Of a DNA stretch of 64,000 nucleotides, positions 54,632 to 64,000 are shown piece after piece. The translations under genes were made by a program, and so were the position numbers. Location: NCBI GenBank assembly GCA_012295275.1, contig CM022678.1, forward strand, positions 1,736,001 through 1,800,000, in the 5' to 3' direction. Under the pieces are notes generated by a model. The model did not search any database. It was not told where the DNA came from and saw only the letters and a list, made by a program, of their open reading frames with translations. The first letter of the stretch is position 1. Each line of letters opens with the position of its first letter. The DNA comes from Chrysomallon squamiferum (lineage: Eukaryota > Animalia > Mollusca).

Positions 54632-55817
54632 GTAACGCAGTTATTTAACTATAATTCTAGACGCATTTCTCTACGCACACGCACACACATACACGTGAGA
54701 AACGTACGCACGTAATTAATTAATCTCAAATCATGTTTGTATAAAATTGACTATTTAAAATCTGAGGTAATATATACATACAAATGATTTTTTAGATGGA
54801 TAGACATGTATACACAGACATATTTACATATATACAGGCTCATACATACATACGTACAGACATACACATACATGCATACATATATACATACACACATACA
54901 TACATACATACATACAAACATACATACATATATATATATACAGGCACACACATACATACAGACACACACATACATACATACATATATACATAACCTCTAT
55001 AAGCACTATAAAAATGACGGAGATTTAGACAAATTTCTAAAAATATTTATCAAATGTCATATAGCTGTTGACTACATGTATATTTCTATCAACAAAAAAT
55101 ATCGGCATATATAAAAATATACATCAAGAAAATATTTAGTAATAAAATAAAAAATAATTAATTCGAAATACTCTTAAAATATGTATGTGTGTGTGTGCGT
55201 GTGTGTCACATACACACACGCGCGCGCTCCTATACACACACACACATTTACATATATATACACACATATACATATGCACACATTTATAAATAAATATAAA
55301 AAAACACACACACACACACACAAACACACAGGTCATTATAAAGTGTGGTTTCTTTGCATCGCGATCAAGTTACAGAAAGAATTAGTCAGTTAATGTATTA
55401 CAGTTTCTACAAACCCTTGTCACCGAGTGCAAACTGAGCTAAGATTCCAAACATTTGTAAACATGGAGGTGTTTTTATTGACTACGCACTGTAAAACTGT
55501 AACAGGTTTAATTTGTTCTACATAACGACAGTGTCAGTATGTACTCACCAAACTTCACTAAATTAAAATCACCGACACTCTCAGCTGACTGAGGTTATCG
55601 TGTTCTTACAAACGCCACTAGGATGATATAACAATAACCTATGTATACGCCGTACAGGAAATATACGTAACACTTGAGAAACTCTGTGAACTGCCTGATT
55701 CGCTGAGGAAGCTGCTAATGCACTGACTGTGAGAAGATCAGAACAGAAATGAGGAACACGTGATTCTACTGAGACTGAACAAACTGGAGTCAGTTCAGTT
55801 GTGTTGTTATCACCTCA

Positions 55818-56198
55818 CAACCAAACCAACAAACAAACAAACAAACAAACAAACAACCAAACAAACAAACAAACAAACAAACAAACAAACAAACAAACAA
55901 ACAACCAAACAAACAACCAAACAACCAAACAAACAAACAAACAACCAGACAAACAAACAAACAACCAGACAAACAAACAACCAAACAAACAAACAAACAA
56001 CCAAACCAACAAACATACAAGCAAACAAACAAACAAAACCAAAACAAACATACAAGCAAACAACCAAACAACCAAACAAACAAACATACAAACATACAAA
56101 CAACCAAACAAACAAATAAACACACAAACAAGCAAACATACAAACAAACAACCAAACATACATACAAACAAACAAACAAACAATCAACCAAACAAACA
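55818..56198. repeat. (AAAC)n microsatellite
   Basis: Simple repeat; explains TNKQ/FVCL ORFs. Confidence 0.92.
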
Positions 56199-56339
56199 AG
56201 CTTGTTCTTTATATTGATGACCTTGCGAATCGCACATATTTACTGAAAGTTTGAGGAAGTATGCAACGCACACTTTTATATGACATTTATACACGCACAC
56301 ACACACACTCCCACACCCACACCCACACCTTTATATGAC

Positions 56340-56370
<31 letters not shown>

Positions 56371-56466
56371 TAATACAATTGAATATATATATACGTACCA
56401 ACTTATATTGTGTGTAATATTTTACAGGAAATATGTAAATATATGTTTTGTTTGTTTAATCGTATT

Positions 56467-56544
<78 letters not shown>

Positions 56545-57082
56545 TAGACAAAAGTACGCTTAATATCCACTTACAGATATACATACACGTAAATAACACT
56601 TAAAAATAAATATGTACTATGTTTTTAAACTAGATAAGTATGATACAAAGAAAATATCGTATGGCACTAGGTTTGGATTACATTTATAAAAATGAATAAA
56701 CTGCATAGGAATAAAAGTAACTGTTAAACCGCAGTTAAAATTAATATTTTCATGTTGATGTTTTTATCATATGGAACATCAGAATAAAATTAATACTTAA
56801 CAATAATCATAAATATCACAGAATGCATAATGGCTATTTTAAAATGCACGCATGCGCGCTCAATCATTCGTATAATTAGATGAAGACATAATTCATTAAT
56901 TTGAGCTGGATAAAATTTTGATAAATGAATTGTTTGTTGTTGTTTTTTTAAACTAACAGTTAAATAAAATAAATAAAATAAATTAAATTTAAATAATTTA
57001 AAATACAATAAAATAAAGAAAATTTAAATAAAACAAAATAAAATTTACTTAAATTAAATTAAATTTAAATAAAATAAAATAA

Positions 57083-57157
<75 letters not shown>

Positions 57158-57212
57158 CAAAAAAGAAAAATAATAATAATGATCATTATATTAATGATCC
57201 TAAAAATAATAA

Positions 57213-57292
<80 letters not shown>

Positions 57293-57426
57293 TGTTAACA
57301 TGATAGTTTAACTTTTTTCCAACTAATTAGATTGATTGTAAATAATTCTAAATGATTTGAAAGCCAGTAGAGCTGAAATTCTAAATGAGTCAGATTCACA
57401 GTTTTACTTAAACACGACGATGCAGT

Positions 57427-57948
57427 TCACTTGTTGAAGAACGGGAAGTTGGCGTAAGCACCCTCATCGTCAGCAGCGCCACCTATCGAGTTTTGGTTCG
57501 AAACTTGACTTTTAGTAACCCGGTGTTGTTGAAAGTCTTTAGTGTTTTCATAATCTTCTTCTTCTTCTTCGTCTTCTTTTTCTTTTTCACAGACACCGCC
57601 AGACGTTCCCGCCGTTTTTGCTGTCATGCGCCGTTCAATATCCGCATTTTCGTAAATCTCTTCCGATTCGACACCTTCCGCAGACACTCGGAAGTTTTCG
57701 TAATCTTCTTCCGGAGCGCAAGCGGCTCCGACATCGGGAATTTCCGTGACGTTCTGGTCCATCGGGACGTATTCTTCCTCCGCAGTCGCCTGCGTGGTTG
57801 CGGTGGGTGAGGAGGACGAAGGGCGTGACGGGTCCGATCTGGGCGGTGGCGGGGCCACGGGAAGTTTTGCTATTTCGTCTTTCTCTCTGTGAGGCTGGTT
57901 CCACTCGAGAGCAGCTTTGTTTTCGTAATCAGGATGTTTGTCATCAGT
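57427..57948 (-). CDS. Single-pass membrane protein: terminal exon with multiple phosphotyrosine-type motifs
   Basis: tttcag|TDDKHPDYENK...PVAPPPPR...EEEYVPM...EEDYENF...EEIYENA...EEDYENT...AYANFPFFNK*; in frame with ORF 57427-57993. Confidence 0.82.
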   Translation of the reverse strand, partial: TDDKHPDYENKAALEWNQPHREKDEIAKLPVAPPPPRSDPSRPSSSSPTATTQATAEEEYVPMDQNVTEIPDVGAACAPEEDYENFRVSAEGVESEEIYENADIERRMTAKTAGTSGGVCEKEKEDEEEEEDYENTKDFQQHRVTKSQVSNQNSIGGAADDEGAYANFPFFNK

Positions 57949-58050
57949 CTGAAATATACAGACACTCAGACAGCTGCTACTACGACAGCACATGTGTATA
58001 ACAACTGATACTACTACTACTACTACTTATATGTGCAGCATTATATGTAC

Positions 58051-58099
<49 letters not shown>

Positions 58100-58262
58100 A
58101 AATAACATAAAATAAAATAATAATTATTATCTTGAAGAATTGTGTTTATCATTATTACTTTTCAGAATTATGTTTTTCTTTCCTACATTACTAATGATTC
58201 CGGGCATGGACATAAAACAACAACAACAACAACACAACAACAACGTTTATACTGCTGTTTAC

Positions 58263-58436
58263 CTGAGGTTTGAAAGTTGGATCCTTCGTGTATCGCGTAA
58301 TTTTGCAGTGCTGTCGTTCAATGCCCGTACTCAGACCTTCCACGTAAGCAGTGTTTACATACGGGTTCTTGTCACGTGACTTAGGGGACTCGGACGACTC
58401 CGCACCCACAGCCTCGAGATCGGTTGCGTCTCGGTT
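58263..58436 (-). CDS. Single-pass membrane protein: cytoplasmic exon
   Basis: ctag|NRDATDLEAVGAESSESPKSRDKNPYVNTAYVEG...TFKPQ|gtaaac; 174 nt, phase 0 to 0. Confidence 0.75.
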
Positions 58437-58469
58437 CTAGAATTTAAAAATTAATCTTTTCATTATGAA

Positions 58470-58872
<403 letters not shown>

Positions 58873-58980
58873 ATGAGTCTATTTCGAAAAAAAAAATGCG
58901 AAAAAATAATAAAATTATATATATAGAAGAAAATAGAAAATAAAATTGAAGTCTCTGTGTGTGTGTGCTATGTGTGCGTT

Positions 58981-59017
<37 letters not shown>

Positions 59018-59452
59018 ATGTGTGTGTGTTTATGAGTGTGTATGTATGTGTATGTGTGTCTATGTGTCTGTTTATGTGTGTGCGTGTGTGTGTGTGTGTG
59101 TGTATAGCGTGTGTAAAAAAAAATGTTTATAAAATAATATATATATTGAAGAAAACAGAAAATAAAATAAAAGAAAGAAGACAAAAGATAAAATAAATAA
59201 ATAAATAAATAAATTTGTTCGTCTCTATTTTTTTTAGTGTATGGATTAGTGTATGTGTGTGTTTATATGTGTGTGCGTGTTTATGTGTGTGTGTTTATGT
59301 GTGTATGTGTGTGTTTATGTGTGCGTGTGTGTGTGTTTATGTGTGTCTATGCGTGTGAATATTACTACATCTTTACTATTTGTGTTTACTATACACGTTA
59401 TATATTTTTGATTTGTACAAGTGTTGATTTTTCATACAGCTGTTAGAAATTT

Positions 59453-59483
<31 letters not shown>

Positions 59484-59524
59484 ATCATTCATTCTTCCTT
59501 CCTTTATTATTTGCTTATACTCAC

Positions 59525-60093
59525 TGTTATAATAGCACTCATCCTAGTGTGCTTATTCACTGTCTTTTTCTTTCGACTACGACAGCACACTACCACAACA
59601 ACTACGACGACAATCAAAACAACGACAAAACCAGCAGCGCTCCCTAGAGCAATATACAAAACAGGAACACCGCCGTTGTGGCTGTTGGCTACACGTGTTT
59701 GTTTCTGTTGTTAAAATGACAACCATCCGAGCATTTCACGCAAACGTACAGCTTCGGCGTCTCAGTCGTCGATGCCTCACTTGTTGTTGTTGTTGTTGTT
59801 GACGTATTATCAGGCGTGTCTGTTGTGTTGAAATCCAAGTCGGTGGATGAGAGCGGCGAAGTCGTTGTTGTTGTTGTTGCCGCCTCCACGGTTGTTGTTT
59901 CATTTAGAAGTGAATCAGAGTTCGATGTGTTATAAGAGTCTGCAGTGGTTGTTGATGCTGATGTTGATGTCGTCTCGGTGGATGTTGTATCGGGGCAGGC
60001 ATCGACTGGTTTCTTGAAAAAGCCGGGTCTACAGCTTTGTGACACATCCACACACAGGAGCGTTTCATCTACAGTCTCTTTGCAGCTGTTTGT
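59525..60093 (-). CDS. Single-pass membrane protein: Cys-rich/mucin ectodomain, TM helix, basic stop-transfer (frameshift near 59689-59715)
   Basis: ttttcag|TNSCKETVDETLLCVDVSQSCRPGFFKKPVDACPD-[Thr-rich]-KLYVCVKCSDGCHFN then, in another frame, VANSHNGGVPVLYIALGSAAGFVVVLIVVVVVVVVCCRSRKKK...SAIIT|gtgagt. Upstream signal-peptide exon not identified. Confidence 0.75.
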
Positions 60094-60335
60094 CTGAAAA
60101 ACAGTTAATCACAGTTACAGCTATTTGAAAAACAGAAAATTACAGTATCATTGCAGCTGTTTGTCTGAAAAACAGTTAATTACAGTTACAGCTGTTTGAA
60201 AAACAGAAAAATACAGTCTGTTTGCAGCTGTTTGTCTGAAAAACAGTTAATTACAGTTACAGCTGTTTGAAAAACTGAAAATTACAGTCTCTTTGCAGCT
60301 GTTTGTCTGAAAAACAGTTAATCACAGTTACAGCT
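60071..60335. repeat. 71-nt tandem repeat overlapping a splice acceptor
   Basis: Units start at 60071, 60142, 60213, 60284. Confidence 0.9.
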
Positions 60336-60544
60336 GAGATTACAGTCAGATCTAGTTGTCTGAAAAACAGAATACTGGATGTAAAACTGTTTTAAATACA
60401 GAAGTCACAGTTAAAGATCTGTCTGAAAAACAAGTCAGATCTCTTAACATACATAAAGCGATTCAAATATTTATTTCAGTTTTAACATTTTAAATTATTT
60501 TATTATAATTATTCTTTTATTTATTTATTTATTTATTTATTTAC

Positions 60545-60585
<41 letters not shown>

Positions 60586-60769
60586 GCCAACTTTCTTGGT
60601 TTTTTTTTTTTTTTTTTTTTTATATTTCTTTCTTTGCTGGTTTCCTTTCACATAAAACTTTATACGACAACAACATATTTTGTTTCGGTTTGAAACAAAA
60701 GTCCACTAAACGATTAATGACGACACAGAAAGAAAAAAAAAAAAAAAAAAAAAAAGTTTGGAATAAAAA

Positions 60770-60900
60770 GGGGAATCCCCGCGGCACATATCTGCGCACC
60801 TGATTGGTTGAACGAGTCAAGTATCTGAGTAGACAAAAACACGACTCGGCGATAAAGTATTCAAAGTTACGCTTAACTAAAAAGGTGGTCACGTGGTCGC
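60770..60900. promoter_or_regulatory. Motif cluster (kappaB site, CCAAT, E-box) 5' of the membrane-protein exons
   Basis: GGGGAATCCCC (60770-60780) fits the NF-kB consensus GGGRNNYYCC; ATTGG ~60803; GTCACGTG ~60888-60895. Confidence 0.4.
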
Positions 60901-61408
60901 ACAAAGAGAACTTGAGTGCTTTACAAGTGGTAATAATATAAGAGTATATATATATATATATAATATAATGTAAGAGGTGTTAACGATACTACATAACTGT
61001 TGAATACAGCAATATTCTTAATGGAGATAATAAATAAATATACACTGACAGACACACACACACACACACACACACACCCATACATAGATAAACAAACATA
61101 CACTCACACACACGTACATACAAGCATTGGTTCACTGATTCAGTGAGACACACAGATAAGCACAGATGTATAAACAGACAAGAAGGAAGTCTTCCGATTC
61201 CTTGACACACATTGTTGATAAACGCGACTGGTAATAACAGTACGTCACCTGTAGACGTTTATATTGCTCGTCTTCTCACTCACTTGTCACCTTACTACAC
61301 CTCTCTCTCTCTGACACTTTCTTTTTCTCTCTGTCATTCTTTTTTTCTTTTTCTCTCTCCTCCCCCTCTCTCTCTGACACTTTCTTTTCTCTCTCTCTCT
61401 CTCTGACA

Positions 61409-61533
<125 letters not shown>

Positions 61534-61687
61534 AGACTGTTATTCCTTGTTTTCTCTCTTTCTCTCTGCATATACATTTTAATATATTTTTATATATTTT
61601 TTTTTATCTCTCTGTCTGTTTCTCTCTCTCATACATACATACATACATACATACATACATACATACATACATACATACATACATACA

Positions 61688-61719
<32 letters not shown>

Positions 61720-62494
61720 AAAATACGCATATTTTATTGCTTTGTGGATCTGATGTGGAGCTGTGTACTAGTCATTCTTGTTAGGATACTAGTGGTGTAA
61801 GAAGTACTAGCAGTAGTAACGCTAGCCACTGTAATAACTTAGTAATAGTTGCAGTAATAGTAATAGTAGTAGTAGTAGTAGCAGCAATAGTAGTAGTAGT
61901 AGCAGTAGTTGAAGTCGTAGTGGTGGAAATAACAGCAACTGTTTTAAAAGATAACCTTTAGATTTCATACCACTGTAATTTGTATAGTTTTAATACGATT
62001 ATTAACGAATAAATTTACTCAAATTTAATTCTCACAATAACTAACCGAAGACACACGGTAATGTGATTTGCTAACATACTAACCACAGATCAGTTACAGC
62101 ATTTGGTCCAGATAAATTTCTACATCATCTTTTCAGCCATTTTATTTATTTATTTATTTAATTACTTACGTACTTTTGTTATTTTTCCGCTGTTGTTGTT
62201 ATTATTATTATTATTAATATTATTTCTGTTGTTCTTATTGTTATTATTATTATTATTATTAAAGACTAAGTAGACTGAATTGTGTCTGTTAATCGAGGTT
62301 TGTAGATATTTGTGAGAGATCAAATGAATGATCGTTGAGAACAATTACTGTAATATCAAGTTCGATGAGTTGTTGACAACTAGATGCAGTATCATATCAC
62401 TTCACCAGAGCCACTCTCCATTAGATAACTGCAAAACTTAATCGAGAACTTAAATATAATATTTATGCTTTTATGATCATTAGATTATATATAC

Positions 62495-62616
<122 letters not shown>

Positions 62617-63843
62617 TTAGATAGATAGACAGATATAGATGGTTTGTTTACATGTATATATGTATGTGAAATAAATATTAATAATAATAATATTTGTAAA
62701 TAATAATAATAATAATAATAGTATAATCAATATTCATGTGATCAAAGGTATATTTGTTGTTTAAACTTATCTATAATTGTTAGTAGATGTTATTTGTATG
62801 TGGACGGTGTATATTTATATAGTGAGCACGTATTTGTTTTGTCAGCACAAATGTATGAAGTTTGTGTTATCAGTACGTAATTACGTGGCTTTCAAAACTT
62901 TTCCATTGGTGCTGTTTTTGCTGGCGAGGGAGTAATTAGTAGTCCAGCGGTTAGAACGCCTGTGTGACGCATGCGCTGTGGTTCAATCAGTGTCCGAGTT
63001 CGGACAATCAGACCGCGCTCAAAGCCTGGTACACTGTTTACTTTGAACGGGAGGTGTGTGCGTGTGCGTGTGTGTGTGTGTGTGTGTTTTTTATATACAT
63101 ATACATACATAGATATATATACATACATACATACATACATACATTATACACACATACATATATACATACGTACATACACACACATACATACATACATACA
63201 TATATACATACATATATATACATACATACATACATACATACATACATTATACACACATACATATATACATACGTACATACACACACATACATACATACAT
63301 ACATGCATGCATGCATGCATACATACATACATACCTACATACATGCATGCATGCATACATACATACATACCTACATACATACATACATACATACATGCAT
63401 ACATACATATTTTAAATTCTTCTTCTTTTTTTTTTTTTTTTTTTTTTTTTAAAACTTAAGACAATGACGTCATTCGTAAATTGAGCGTGAAAGACAGTTT
63501 GTTTTATTCTGTTGTAACAGTTTCCAGTTGGTCGTTTCGTACAAAGTTGCTGAATAATAGATCTTTAGACAATGGTCTACTAAGTCTTTTTTCTGAGAAA
63601 AATTCAGTATCCTGTCAGAGAAAAACAAAAACTGAAACACGAAACTTTTGGGTCGGGTGTGTAGTTAATGGCAGAAACGAGACACGGATTGTTTACAAGT
63701 GACGTCATAAACAGTCACTGTCCACGTATTTGTAAGAGCTTAACCAGTTGTCATGGCAACGTCAAAAAGAAACAAAAGAAACAAAAGAAAGAAAAAGAAG
63801 ACTGTAATAATGATGATGATGATGATGAAGATGATAATACAAA

Positions 63844-63887
<44 letters not shown>

Positions 63888-64000
63888 AAAATGAAAAGGT
63901 GTTAAATAACAACAAGATGTCACAGATAAAACACGTTACCTAGGAGACGGAGTATGGTTGACTTTGAAATAAACACACTCACAACCAGTAAACATTAATT

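Noticed and set aside
63940-63995. Possible first exon of the membrane-protein gene (minus strand, donor gtaacg)
   Set aside because: ATG frame is not signal-peptide-like and ends in phase 2, not the phase 0 needed at 60093; window edge prevents evaluation.

Overview
Eukaryotic (metazoan invertebrate, probably lophotrochozoan/mollusc-like; this is inference from gene content and repeat landscape) AT-rich, microsatellite-saturated genomic DNA. Almost all short ORFs in the track are simple-repeat artefacts. By manual splicing (GT-AG, phases checked) I find five genes: (1) first coding exon of a kinesin-3 KIF13 gene (- strand, 5867-5921), head-to-head with (2) an 8-exon, ~1605-aa polycystin-1-family derivative (+, 8469-16511) that keeps TM1-PLAT-TM2/3 and TM4/5 but appears to lack both the ectodomain and the channel half, and carries a ~1200-aa loop with three CxCxxC-headed repeats; (3,4) two tandem 4-exon paralogues (+, 25628-34228 and 44966-52472) encoding secreted proteins with signal peptide, EMI-like Cys domain, long coiled coil and CC-x9-CC-x8/12-CC modules, candidate fibre/adhesive biomaterial proteins; (5) the 3' exons of a single-pass receptor/adaptor (- strand, 57427-60093) with a Cys/mucin ectodomain and many YxN/YxxM motifs. 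Genes 3 and 5 contain small indels that break the frame, most likely assembly errors. Non-coding DNA holds many minisatellites (some duplicating splice acceptors) and a dispersed inverted-repeat element built on paired TGACGTCA sites.
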